This document shows positions 48,056 to 57,630 of a stretch of DNA of 59,030 nt, one piece after another. Position 1 is the stretch's first letter, and each line of letters opens with the position of its first letter. The notes beneath the pieces were generated by a model that saw only the letters and a program-made list of their open reading frames with translations, was not told where the DNA came from and ran no database searches. Source of the DNA: Planctomycetales bacterium (GTDB lineage: Bacteria > 4484-113); assembly GCA_030606285.1 (NCBI GenBank), contig JAUWGS010000012.1:1-59030 (forward strand), written 5' to 3'. Made by a program: the position numbers and the translations under genes.

Positions 48056-48231
48056 AGCGGCGCGAGCTAATACGGGAGCTTACGCGCGCGGGATGCTACC
48101 TGCTGCGCCGGGGTAGGAAGCACGACATCTACATCAATCCGCGCACCGGAAGGAAAGCGCCGGTGCCCCGGCACAACGAAATACCCGACAGCATGCGCCG
48201 GATGGTTCGCACGCAGCTTGGGCTGAAGTAG
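48052..48231 (+). CDS. hicA: HicA-family mRNA-interferase toxin (not in the ORF track; GTG start)
   Basis: Hand translation VKRRELIRELTRAGCYLLRRGRKHDIYINPRTGRKAPVPRHNEIPDSMRRMVRTQLGLK* fits the HicA consensus (ELI..L...G..L.R..GSH.I..NP..G....VPRH.E); GTG overlaps the hicB stop (gtGTGa). Confidence 0.75.
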   Translation: MKRRELIRELTRAGCYLLRRGRKHDIYINPRTGRKAPVPRHNEIPDSMRRMVRTQLGLK

Positions 48232-48265
48232 AGGTCGCGAGTTCGAATCTCGCCGCCCCGATTGT
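48231..48265 (+). repeat. Direct repeat copy 2 (duplicated tRNA-Pro 3' end, attR-like)
   Basis: Identical 35 nt gaggtcgcgagttcgaatctcgccgccccgattgt. Confidence 0.7.
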
Positions 48266-48271
48266 TTTTTG

Positions 48272-48730
48272 CATCACATCAAGATGTGGAGCCATCCTGG
48301 TAGTCCAGGGCTTCAGCCCTGGTCTTTTCATCCGACGAGCCAGCCCTAAAGGCTTGCCCGCCTGGGCGGGGCTGGACTACCGGATTCTCTTTCGTAGGGG
48401 CACGGCACGCCGTGCCCGCCAACGTGGATAAGGATGCAAAAGGGCATAGCATGCTATGCCCCTACAATCAACAACGACACTTTAGAGACGGACGCGCAGT
48501 CTCCAGGCTGCGCGATTGAAGGCATATAAGGAGTGGCGGCCCGCCGGCGCCTGTGGCGTGGCGGGTAAACCTGGAGATTTACACGCCTGGGCGTGCCGCC
48601 ACTCCAGGTTTAATCAGAGAAGACGGCGGTCATACCCTCCGACGCTTGCGCTATAGCGGGCAAGAATGACCGCCCTACAGCGTCCCTTCTTGCTGACGCT
48701 TGCCCGCCATAGCTTTAGCGGCGGCGGGAC
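48272..48730. repeat. Large cluster of the 85-bp TIR element and hairpin-CTACAR repeat units
   Basis: ggtagtccagggcttcagccctgg...ggctggactaccgg (85-bp TIR element homologous to 2560-2640); gggcacggcacgccgtgccc; gggcatagcatgctatgcccctacaa; gtggcgggtaaacctggag; gaccgccctacagcg. Confidence 0.5.
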
Positions 48731-48755
48731 TGATAGCTGACAGCTGATAGCTGAA

Positions 48756-49010
48756 TTACCCCGGATAGTACTTCATGACGAGGACATCATCCTCGCCGCC
48801 ACCTTCGTCCTCCGTACCGGTGGGCTCCGATTCCTCACCGCTCGGTTCTCCTTCGGTGCCACTAATATCCTGCGCCTGTTGTGCCGGCGGCGTGAGCGTC
48901 AACTGCGCAACCTGCCCGCTCCGATGCCCGCAAGCGGCAAGCAGAAGTGGAATCGCGACGCCTGCTAGCATCGCAACTGCGACTATACGGATAACACCTT
49001 TCGCCTTCAT
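48756..49010 (-). CDS. Small acidic lipoprotein, hypothetical
   Basis: 84 aa; lipobox LLLAACGHRSG; E/G-rich. Confidence 0.45.
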   Translation of the reverse strand: MKAKGVIRIVAVAMLAGVAIPLLLAACGHRSGQVAQLTLTPPAQQAQDISGTEGEPSGEESEPTGTEDEGGGEDDVLVMKYYPG

Positions 49011-49240
49011 CTTTCACGCCTCCCCGCGTGCCATTATTCGCCATTACTGTATCACACGCTAATCGTGCTGCCCGGGACTGCTAGCTCTATTCCCGCAATT
49101 TCGCGATGTACGCGCATCCGGACACGGGCGAGCACTCCGGCCACGCGCGGCGCGTGGTGACGAATAAACCGGGCACCGGGCCGCCGGGAGCGCGGCGTCC
49201 CGCGAAACGCGGGAAGCGCCGACCCGATGGAGTGCTTCTG

Positions 49241-50062
49241 CTAGGCAGGCTCCAGGACGTTATCAACGCGAGATTCGAACTCACCAGCCGAGAGGCCCGT
49301 TGATCCCCGCTTCAAGTGCAGAAAGAACTCCTTGTTGCCTTTGGCGCCGGCAGGCTGAGCGAGAATGACCTGCTTCACCGCAAAGCCATCCGCCTCGAGC
49401 TGCGAGTATGCCCTCATCAGCACTCGCTTGTGCAGCGTAGGATGGTGCACGACGCCGCCGGTGAACCACCTGCGGCGCTCGTCTTCCGCGTCCGGCTCGC
49501 GCTCAAACTGCGGCTTGAGCAGCAAAAGCCCGTCGGCGCGCTCCCCTAGTAGCGGCGCGATAGCGCTGCAAAGCCCCACGCCGGAGATGAACGAGACATC
49601 AACGGTGAATAGGCCGCACGGATCGGGCACGTGCCCGGCGCTCAAGTTGCGCGCGTTCACTCCTTCTAGCAGCACAATGCGCTCATCGCCTCGCAGCCTA
49701 CCGTCCAGCAGGCCCGTTCCCACATCCACCGCGTAGACCTTCGCAGCGCCCTGCTCCAGCAGCACTTCGGTGAAGCCGCCGGTGGAGCTACCGACATCCA
49801 GGCAGATTGCGCCCTTCACCATCGGGCTGGCCTCGCCCAGAGCGTCCAGGCAGTTCTTCAGCTTCAAGCCACCGCGCGATACATAGGGGCATTCGGGCTC
49901 GACCAGCTCTACTTCTGCGGTATCCGGCACCGCCGTTCCCGGGCCGGTCACAGGCCTGCCGTCCACCAGCACGCGCCCCTGCATAATCAGCGAGCGCGCA
50001 ATGCGCTCATCTTCGACCAGTTTACGGGAAAGTACCAAGTCCAGCAGGCGCCGGCGCGTCAC
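49241..50062 (-). CDS. tlyA: TlyA-family rRNA (cytidine-2'-O)-methyltransferase
   Basis: N-terminal S4-like RLDLVL...GRVLVDG, FtsJ-like VSRGGLKL...CLDVGSSTGGFTEVLLEQGAAKVYAVDVG. Confidence 0.8.
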   Translation of the reverse strand: MTRRRLLDLVLSRKLVEDERIARSLIMQGRVLVDGRPVTGPGTAVPDTAEVELVEPECPYVSRGGLKLKNCLDALGEASPMVKGAICLDVGSSTGGFTEVLLEQGAAKVYAVDVGTGLLDGRLRGDERIVLLEGVNARNLSAGHVPDPCGLFTVDVSFISGVGLCSAIAPLLGERADGLLLLKPQFEREPDAEDERRRWFTGGVVHHPTLHKRVLMRAYSQLEADGFAVKQVILAQPAGAKGNKEFFLHLKRGSTGLSAGEFESRVDNVLEPA

Positions 50063-50517
50063 GTAAGGTTCACCACCATCGCGTACGCCACGAAAAAGCC
50101 GATGGCGCCGCCGATAAACACTTCGAGCTGGTTGTGGCCCAGCATCTCCTTGAGCACTTTGTAGTCGAACTCGCGCACCATCTTTCCGCGCAGCAGCTCG
50201 GGGATGATACGGTTCAGCACCTGTGCATGATTGCCCGCGGAGCGGCGCAGGTTCGTCGCATCGTACACGACGACCGCGGCAAACAGGACAGCCACGGCGA
50301 AGAGCGGCGAATCCACACCAAACTGGTAGCCCATCACTGTCGCGAGGGCTATCACGCCTGCAGAATGGGCGCTTGGCATCCCGCCGGCGTCAAACAGCTT
50401 GGCGACGTTTAGCTGCCGCTCGGTGTACAGGTAATACAGCGTCTTGGCTATCTGGCAGATCATCCAGGCGATAGCCGGCGCACTGATAAAGACGTAGGTG
50501 CCCAGGAATTCGGACAT
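50059..50517 (-). CDS. Divergent PAP2 family membrane protein (DUF212/YuiD-like)
   Basis: GGMPSAHSAGVIALATVMG and VVVYDATNLRRSAGNHAQVLN conserved blocks; overlaps tlyA start by 4 nt. Confidence 0.7.
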   Translation of the reverse strand: MSEFLGTYVFISAPAIAWMICQIAKTLYYLYTERQLNVAKLFDAGGMPSAHSAGVIALATVMGYQFGVDSPLFAVAVLFAAVVVYDATNLRRSAGNHAQVLNRIIPELLRGKMVREFDYKVLKEMLGHNQLEVFIGGAIGFFVAYAMVVNLT

Positions 50518-50836
50518 TGCCGTAAGCGATTATAGCAAAGGAGTTCGCGCGCGCGGCTCCCCAACCGCGAATAATGGTAATTACTCCATATTCGGCCCGG
50601 GGAGGGAGGATGGGGGGAGGGGACCCCCGGGCCGAGAGTGAGTTAGGCTCGTACTGTGAAGCAGCACTTTGCCTATGGGGCACCTCTCGATGACCCCAGA
50701 GAGTTGTTGGGGAGGTCAACCCTCACTATAAGTATACCCTCTAGCGGAGCAAATTGCTTGATATTTCAGCATATTTCGCGAAATCCCTTTATCTGTCGCG
50801 CCGCAGCGTTTGGCGTGATAGAATCGCCTGCAAGAG

Positions 50837-51196
50837 GTGTTTATGGTTCTTGTCGGCCCTGAAACCATCGTGCCAAAAGAGCAGGTTGTGTCCATCGTCT
50901 CGGTCAGGGAGACCGGCGGCGGGATGGAGTGCAGCTACCAGGTTCAGCACCCGCTGACCGGCAAGGTCTACCTGTACTCCCTCACCCTTCCCCGCGACGC
51001 CACTCCCCTCAGCCCCGAATGGAAGGAGCTCAATGCGGTATTTACCGAGATGTTCCCCCGCCGCGAGTATATGCTCACCTACCGCGACACCGCCAAGGCG
51101 CTCATTCTCGAAGCGGTATACAAGCTTGTGAAAAAGCCCCCGGAGAAGAAACCCGCAGCTGCCGATGAGAAGAGCGAACCGGCGCAAGAGCCTTGA
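50837..51196 (+). CDS. Hypothetical protein with lysine/proline-rich C-terminus
   Basis: 119 aa; no motif recognised. Confidence 0.35.
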   Translation: MFMVLVGPETIVPKEQVVSIVSVRETGGGMECSYQVQHPLTGKVYLYSLTLPRDATPLSPEWKELNAVFTEMFPRREYMLTYRDTAKALILEAVYKLVKKPPEKKPAAADEKSEPAQEP

Positions 51197-51280
51197 TCCC
51201 CGCGGCTCAGCGCTGCGCTCCTTCAACCGAAAGGCTTGCGCGGGTATAATACTCATAACCTTATGCCAAGCGGGGAAACT

Positions 51281-52906
51281 ATGCTCGTTCGCTTTACCCT
51301 GACGACAGTCCTGCTCGTCGTGTTGCTGAGCGCCCCAGCGCTGACCGGCACCGTGCGGGTTCACGACAACCAGCTCATCGTGAAGATGGCAGCCGGACGC
51401 CAGGCTTCGGCGCTGGAAGCGCGCGGCGCGAAATCGGTGAGCCACGTGCGCAGCCTGCGCCTCTCCTACGACACCTACGAGATCGTCCGGGTGCCCGAAG
51501 GCGAGGACCCGTTCGAGTATGCCCGGCAGCTTGAGGACTCGGGGCTGGTGGAGTTCGCCTACCCCAACGTCATCAAGACGGTGACTTCGCTGGAGGAGCT
51601 GGAGGCGTGCCCGTCGTTTATCCCCGACGACACGTACCTGCTCAACCCCTACACCTCCTTCGCCCAGGCGTGGGAGAACCCGCGGGCGTGCCAGTGGGGG
51701 CTTCTGTGGACCAACGCACCGCTGGCGTGGGATTACACGACCGGAACGAGCAACGTCATCGTGGCGATGATCGACACGGGTATCAAGTTTGAGCACCCGG
51801 AAATTCAAGGCCGGCTGTGGAAGAACGCCGACGAAACCCCGGGAAATGCCATTGACGACGACGGTAACGGCTGGGTGGACGATATTTTCGGCTACGACTT
51901 CTCCTCCTACAACGTGGAGCAGCAGACCGGCGGCGACCCCGACCCGGCAGATACCCAATCTGACGCCAACGCCCACGGCACCGCTACCGCAGGCATCATC
52001 GGCGCGGCTTCCAACAATGGCATAGGCATCTCCGGCATTGCGGGCGGCGGGAAAGGGAGCGATACCGGCGTCAGGCTGATGATTCTCCGCGTGGGCACCA
52101 ATGCCAACATCACGGTGGACGCCGAAATCGCAGCCCTCGATTACGCGGCGCAAAACGGCGCCAGGATAATCAATATGAGCTTCGGCGGACCGACGGGCGG
52201 GCCGCCGGAAGCCAACGCAATCACGCGCACCTGGAACGCCGGCGCGCTCATCATCGCCGCCGCGGGCAACGAGCCGGCGGGCAATCCCGACGGCATCGAC
52301 CTGCCGGCCGGCTTCGAAGAGGTTATCGCAGTCGGCGCGACCACCATATTCAGCAGCCGCACGGTGTATCCCACAACCGGGCTCGTCCCGGAAACAGTTG
52401 CGGACTACAGCAAGGTCGGGCCGGAGCTTGAACTCGTCGCGCCCGGCACGCACATCATCACGCTTCTGGGCTCGTCGGGCTACACCACCGACTCCGACAT
52501 CCAGTTCAAGGGCACCAGCGCCGCGACGCCCATCGTCACCGGTTTCGCCGCGCTGCTGGCAAGCCGCTTCTCGGACAAGTCCAACCAGGAAATTCGCAAT
52601 ATGATGCGCCAATCGGTGGTGGATATGGGGACGCCCGGCTTCGACGAGGACTACGGGTACGGGCGCATTGACATGGTGAAAGCTTTCCGCGACAACGAGA
52701 CACCCACAATCGAGCTTGTAGGTAACACCAATAACGACAACGTAGTGGATGGAAAGGACGTGGATGTGTTGATAGCGCTCTATGGCCTTCGAAAAGGAAT
52801 GCCCCACTACGAGCCCCTTGCCGACACCAATAAGGACGACGTCATTGACGAGCTGGATATCTTCCTCATAGGCCTGAACTTCGGAAAGACCCGCGAAGAC
52901 CTCTAG
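51281..52906 (+). CDS. Secreted subtilisin-like S8 serine peptidase with C-terminal dockerin-like module
   Basis: Start at MLVRF signal peptide (RBS agcgggga); catalytic D (AMIDTGI), H (HGTATAG), S (GTSAATP); C-terminal NTNNDNVVDGKDVDVL...DTNKDDVIDELD dockerin-like repeats. Confidence 0.85.
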   Translation: MLVRFTLTTVLLVVLLSAPALTGTVRVHDNQLIVKMAAGRQASALEARGAKSVSHVRSLRLSYDTYEIVRVPEGEDPFEYARQLEDSGLVEFAYPNVIKTVTSLEELEACPSFIPDDTYLLNPYTSFAQAWENPRACQWGLLWTNAPLAWDYTTGTSNVIVAMIDTGIKFEHPEIQGRLWKNADETPGNAIDDDGNGWVDDIFGYDFSSYNVEQQTGGDPDPADTQSDANAHGTATAGIIGAASNNGIGISGIAGGGKGSDTGVRLMILRVGTNANITVDAEIAALDYAAQNGARIINMSFGGPTGGPPEANAITRTWNAGALIIAAAGNEPAGNPDGIDLPAGFEEVIAVGATTIFSSRTVYPTTGLVPETVADYSKVGPELELVAPGTHIITLLGSSGYTTDSDIQFKGTSAATPIVTGFAALLASRFSDKSNQEIRNMMRQSVVDMGTPGFDEDYGYGRIDMVKAFRDNETPTIELVGNTNNDNVVDGKDVDVLIALYGLRKGMPHYEPLADTNKDDVIDELDIFLIGLNFGKTREDL

Positions 52907-53220
52907 CCGCCGGACGCTTAGCGGCACTCGATCCCGTCGAAAGCCTGCGCTATGAGTGAGCGCGGCAGTGCATCTCTGCGGGGGGCTCCAGCTCAGTAAT
53001 AAATGGCGAATCTGAGTTCGGTGTCTGTGACATAGCTAATTGCGGGACAACCGTTGACGGTCTTAAGCGAGGGATAGCTTAGATCCACATCGTCGTTATC
53101 TACGGTGACTGGAGTTCGTCATCGACGAAGTGTTCCCGTTCAAGGACGCGGCGAAGGCGCACGAAAAGCTCGAAAACCGCCGTTCCACCGGCAAGCTGTT
53201 GTTGAAGCTGTAGTTGTGAC

Positions 53221-54609
53221 CTAAGAGCCCTTAACCGGACGGATGCCCAGGATCATCTCCTCAATCTCAGCTCGCGTCTTATGTTGAAGACGATTGACTG
53301 TTTCGCGTTCTTTAGCGATCTCCGCACGCCCTACCTCGACTCGCTCCACGATGGCCTGCTGAACATCAAGCGGCGGAAGGGGAAGGCGCAGGCTGCGAAT
53401 TTCCTGGCTGTTGATGTTGTTCTGCATGATTAGCCGACTTAAAGAATCCACCTGCTGCCGCCCCACAGGCGAATTGACGTACGATGCGACGAAGTCCGAA
53501 TCCGCTCTTTCTAGAGAGGGACGCAAGCGGATGAGATAGGAGGCGAAAACGAAGTTTCCTTGTTCATGAAAGACCGCGCATGTGCCCACCAAGTCACGGC
53601 TTCCGCTTGTGCGGATGATGAGAATATCCCCGTCGTGCAAGCGCAACCTGTTTAGCGACATCTTTCCTAGCGGGATATGCTTCAAATCTGTAGTATCAAT
53701 CCTCCCGTCCTTGATGTTGTTTATCCGAAGAGCCGGCGTCCCTTTCCCGTCGGCGTTGGCCTTTTCGCTGGTGCCGTATTGGACCGTTTCGAGAATAGAG
53801 CTAAGACCCGTTACAGGATAATTGCCGCGTGAAAGGTCAATCATGGAGGCCGCGGATTGGCCATAGCTGACACTCCAACGTTCGAAATCCTCCCAATGGA
53901 CGGCGAGGGCTTTCGGCGGGGCGGCCCGTTTGGGAAGAGTAAGACCGAGGTCAGCGAGGAATTGGGCGGCGGTTTCGCGCTCGATGCGGGTGATGCGTTC
54001 GTTGGCCTTCGCTGTGGCATCTTGCGCCTTGCGCCATCGCGACACAATCGCGCTTTGAACCTGCAACGGAGGAAGAGGGATTTCGATTTGCTCGATCTGG
54101 GCTGGCTTAACCCGCTTTCGACCGCTCGCACCGCTAATCATGCTATTGATTGCGTCACGGAAGAAGCTAGTTCGAAACACTAGCTTGACATACTCAGGCA
54201 TTGCTTTTTCAGGTTTGACGCGATAAATAGGATATTCGCTGCTTACGACTATAGTGCCCATTTCCTCCGGCACAACACTTATCGCGCCGTTGCGAACGTC
54301 TATCTTAGAATAAATTACATCGCCAGGATGAGCGAAGAATAGACGCCCCTTGAAGTTGTTCTGACCCCGCATGTTGCGCAGTTCCATCTCTCCATCAAAA
54401 TGAAGCGTGATAAGGTTAAGGGACGCGAAATTGTGTTTCATTCGGTCAACGATTTCAACCCGCTTGTCCAGCGCATCTCCAAGAGGTTGGATGAAGGCCT
54501 TAGGCCACTGCCAGTCAATATCAAAGAAGCTGCGGACACTCCATCGCGCCAACTCCCTAAACCAAGTGGCGAAAGCCCTGATGCGTTTGCTGTTGTCTTG
54601 GGATTTCAT
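53221..54609 (-). CDS. hsdS: Restriction-modification specificity subunit (HsdS-like, two target-recognition domains)
   Basis: 462 aa; duplicated TRD plus conserved coiled-coil spacers (LPPLQVQSAIVSRW, LPLPPLDVQQAIVERV). Confidence 0.85.
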   Translation of the reverse strand: MKSQDNSKRIRAFATWFRELARWSVRSFFDIDWQWPKAFIQPLGDALDKRVEIVDRMKHNFASLNLITLHFDGEMELRNMRGQNNFKGRLFFAHPGDVIYSKIDVRNGAISVVPEEMGTIVVSSEYPIYRVKPEKAMPEYVKLVFRTSFFRDAINSMISGASGRKRVKPAQIEQIEIPLPPLQVQSAIVSRWRKAQDATAKANERITRIERETAAQFLADLGLTLPKRAAPPKALAVHWEDFERWSVSYGQSAASMIDLSRGNYPVTGLSSILETVQYGTSEKANADGKGTPALRINNIKDGRIDTTDLKHIPLGKMSLNRLRLHDGDILIIRTSGSRDLVGTCAVFHEQGNFVFASYLIRLRPSLERADSDFVASYVNSPVGRQQVDSLSRLIMQNNINSQEIRSLRLPLPPLDVQQAIVERVEVGRAEIAKERETVNRLQHKTRAEIEEMILGIRPVKGS

Positions 54610-56852
54610 ATGAAATAACCTTCAGGATTCCGCCGGTATTCGCGGTAGTGCTCTAGCGCGGTCATGCCGATGTCCCCGGGAGTACGGTCGTTGGGGTATA
54701 GCTCGTTTAGGTCATCCTCACCGGTAGCGGTGATGCCGACCTTTTCGGCCTCGTAGAGAAAGACAGGATAGTCGAAACGCTCCTTAAGCAGCGCGCGAGC
54801 CTCAGCATTGATATTCATTTCCGCTGCCTTCTTGTAACCGCGCAGTTCCTTTTGGGCAGTCTTGCGGCGTTCGGCGTCGCGGGCCTTCTTCGCCTCCGCG
54901 ATTTCAGTTTCAAGGCGTTCGGTTTCAGCGGAGACTTCGGGAACGTACTTAGCTTCTATCTCGCGCTGGGCGCGTTCCTTCTCGTCATTGTATCGGGCTT
55001 GTTCCTCTTCAGTGAACTTCTGCATGAATAGAAGTGACGCCTTGACTGACGTACCGGAGGAATAGAATGTCTCTTGCGGAAGACTGATTACGGCGCGGAT
55101 GTAGGCGCGGTCTTCACAGAAGGAACGGACGCGAATCAGTGAGGGATTGTTGAGAACGCCCTCAGGCAGGACAATGCCAAGCCTCCCGCCAGGCTTTAGA
55201 AGAGCTAGGCAACGCTCGATAAAGAGAATTTCGGTTTTAACCTTGCTCTTTCCCGACCTAGGCAGCTCGAAAAGCGAAGCTATGGGTTTACCCGTGGCGG
55301 CTTGAACGCGAGCCTGCGCGTCCTTGTACGTTTCGCCGAATTCGCGGATATATCGGCGGGAGTCTTCGTTGGAGACAGCAACATCGCTGTCTAGGATTAT
55401 GTCCGACGGCTCGACATTCGCGCCAAAGGGAGGATTCGTTAGAACGATGTCGAAGCGCTCCTCAAAGATACCATTGACGTTGATAAATCCATCATGGTGA
55501 TGTACTCCGCCGTGACCGTCGCCGTGCATGATCATGTTCATCTTGCTGGTGCGGGCCATGCGCTCATTGGCGTCAGTGCCAAAGATGCAGCGGTTAGCCA
55601 ATGTCCAGACGCGGGAACCTTCACGGGTGGAGTCGAGCGTAACCTGCAGTTCATCGAATCTCGCGCGGAGCATTTCAGCTTTCTTCTTCTTGCTGTATTT
55701 CTTTTTGTCGAGTTTGGCTTTAAACTCCTGGTATTGCCTGTCAGCGTCGGCGAGTATTTGTTCTCGGACTAGCTCGAAAAACCGGATAAGAAAGCCGCCA
55801 GAGCCGCTGGCCGGGTCGCAGATAATGTCTCCTTCCTTTGGCTCCATCATGCGGATCATGAATTCGACGATGGTGCGTGGAGTGAAGAACTGGCCTATTT
55901 CGCCCCGGAAGGTACGGCCCAGGAAGCGCTCGAAGGCGATACCCTTTATATCCTCGCTGGTGTCGGAGAGGTTGTATCGCTCAAGTAGGCGCACAATCTC
56001 GCGACCGGTAGCGGTCTTAAGGTTGATGCGTTCGCGGTCCTCAAATATGCGGTCTGCTTTATAGAATTTCTTGGTTTCCTGAAAAAGCTGGTCGAGGGGA
56101 TTATCGCCGAGTAGTGAATCAAGATATTCGGCGGTGAAAAGGTTTTGGCGCTGATGCTTACTGCTCAGTTCGCGCTCAACCCAAACCTTGACAAATAGCA
56201 CTTTGGCAATTTCGTCAAATGCCGCTGCCGGGTCCTTTTTCTCGCGGTTGCGGATAACATTGTGGCATTGATGCAAAAGCTGGGCGAATTCCTCTTCCTT
56301 GAAAACCTTCAAACGGGCTATGAGTTCCTTAATCTCCTTATCGCTAGCTTCAGCATAGGGGATGTTCTCGATTTCCTCAATGTAGCCTGGCATCCGGTCT
56401 TTCTTAACACGCCAGAACTTCGTTTCGCGCGTGTTGTGTGTGACAAAGAAGGGAGCGTTTGTGAGGCGAGCATAATTGTCACCTTGCGCGTAATCCTGCG
56501 GTTGGATGGTCACGTTGTCGGACTTGCACTCGACGATAATCAGGGGCGATTTGCCATCGCTCTTGTCCTGTGCAGTGCGCCAGACGACGAAATCGGCGCG
56601 TGCTTGACCGCTGCCGCGCCCGGTGAGTTCCTCTTCCTCCGCGATCTGCTCGGGCTGGAAGCCGTACTCTGAAACAAGGTGAATAAGGTATTCTTGCCGC
56701 ACGCGCTCTTCGGGCGTCTCGACCAGCCACTTCTGGCGAATGTGGCTCCAGACCTTACCGTCTTTACGACGGACGGCGATTTCCGAGCTTGCCCCTGAGG
56801 CCGTCTTATTCATCTTTCCCTCCTCGGGTTTCCCTCTGCGCAATTGTAGCAC
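54606..56852 (-). CDS. N6-adenine DNA methylase (HsdM-like, gamma class) fused to an N-terminal HsdR_N-type PD-(D/E)xK nuclease module; start possibly ATG 56813
   Basis: Motif I CDPASGSGGFL, motif IV VLTNPPFG; N-terminal ARADFVVW...PLIIVECKSDN (D...ExK); 4-nt overlap with hsdS. Confidence 0.8.
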   Translation of the reverse strand: MLQLRRGKPEEGKMNKTASGASSEIAVRRKDGKVWSHIRQKWLVETPEERVRQEYLIHLVSEYGFQPEQIAEEEELTGRGSGQARADFVVWRTAQDKSDGKSPLIIVECKSDNVTIQPQDYAQGDNYARLTNAPFFVTHNTRETKFWRVKKDRMPGYIEEIENIPYAEASDKEIKELIARLKVFKEEEFAQLLHQCHNVIRNREKKDPAAAFDEIAKVLFVKVWVERELSSKHQRQNLFTAEYLDSLLGDNPLDQLFQETKKFYKADRIFEDRERINLKTATGREIVRLLERYNLSDTSEDIKGIAFERFLGRTFRGEIGQFFTPRTIVEFMIRMMEPKEGDIICDPASGSGGFLIRFFELVREQILADADRQYQEFKAKLDKKKYSKKKKAEMLRARFDELQVTLDSTREGSRVWTLANRCIFGTDANERMARTSKMNMIMHGDGHGGVHHHDGFINVNGIFEERFDIVLTNPPFGANVEPSDIILDSDVAVSNEDSRRYIREFGETYKDAQARVQAATGKPIASLFELPRSGKSKVKTEILFIERCLALLKPGGRLGIVLPEGVLNNPSLIRVRSFCEDRAYIRAVISLPQETFYSSGTSVKASLLFMQKFTEEEQARYNDEKERAQREIEAKYVPEVSAETERLETEIAEAKKARDAERRKTAQKELRGYKKAAEMNINAEARALLKERFDYPVFLYEAEKVGITATGEDDLNELYPNDRTPGDIGMTALEHYREYRRNPEGYFI

Positions 56853-56931
56853 GCGCGATGTTTACACCCGCGCCGATGAATCCATCCGCCCCCATTTGCG
56901 CATACGGCGCGTCCGCGCCTATAATCTGCGC

Positions 56932-57528
56932 GTGGAAGGCTTAAGCGGGGAGACGGGGAAGCGCAAGCGCCGCACAACCTCAACCGAGAAGCGCATCATC
57001 GTCCACCGCCGGCGCAAAGTCTTCCTCATAATCCTGCTCCTCCTCGCAGGGCTTGGCTACTACGCCTACTGCACCTACTATTCCGGGCGCTTGATCCTGC
57101 TGCAGCAGGCATCGGCGCTGGAGATTACTCGCGGCTGCACCTTCGGGCCGTTTTACCTTGCTGAAGGCGCCGCGTGCCTCTACAGCTACCGTGTCGACGT
57201 GCCTGCAACCGACGGGATGTGGGAGACGAAAATCGAGCTGCTGGACGACCACGGGCGCGTAATCCATCCGCAGACCGACTTCATCCTGGCGGGCGGGCAG
57301 GCACTTGGCAAAAGCTCAAGCTACGCCCGCTCGGGCCTGCTAAGGCTGCGCCGGTCGGGGTATTATTCGCTGCGCTTCACCCAGCTCAACGGAAGCTACG
57401 CCGCAAGCTCCGCGTCTCCGCCGGTAATGACGCTCACCGTGCGCGCCGGAGCGATTCGCGGATGGCTGCTGTGGCTGCCGCTCGCATTGATAATCATCCT
57501 GCTCGTGCTGTTGCTCTATTTCTGGTAG
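56932..57528 (+). CDS. Hypothetical membrane protein (start uncertain)
   Basis: TATAAT at 56921-56926; TM helix FLIILLLLAGLGYYAY and C-terminal TM LLWLPLALIIILLVLLLYFW. Confidence 0.3.
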   Translation: MEGLSGETGKRKRRTTSTEKRIIVHRRRKVFLIILLLLAGLGYYAYCTYYSGRLILLQQASALEITRGCTFGPFYLAEGAACLYSYRVDVPATDGMWETKIELLDDHGRVIHPQTDFILAGGQALGKSSSYARSGLLRLRRSGYYSLRFTQLNGSYAASSASPPVMTLTVRAGAIRGWLLWLPLALIIILLVLLLYFW

Positions 57529-57630
57529 CGCCGACAGACGTCCCGCATTTTGCACCCGTACATCCGGGGCCTTATCTGCTACAACACACCAATTCCGCTC
57601 TTCACAAGCCCCAGATGGTAAAATTACTGA

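Noticed and set aside
47672-48730. Intact integrated prophage or genomic island at tRNA-Pro
   Set aside because: Only about 480 bp separate the direct repeats and no integrase or phage genes are present. It is reported as a remnant or minimal element instead.
50789-52927. 712-aa minus-strand ORF
   Set aside because: It is entirely antisense to the S8 protease, which has a clear catalytic triad. The R/G/A-rich composition marks it as a GC artefact.
53221-56852. Orphan Type I M+S with hsdR lost
   Set aside because: This remains possible, but the fused N-terminal PD-(D/E)xK module on the methylase and the absence of any translocase favour a Type IIB (BcgI-like) reading.
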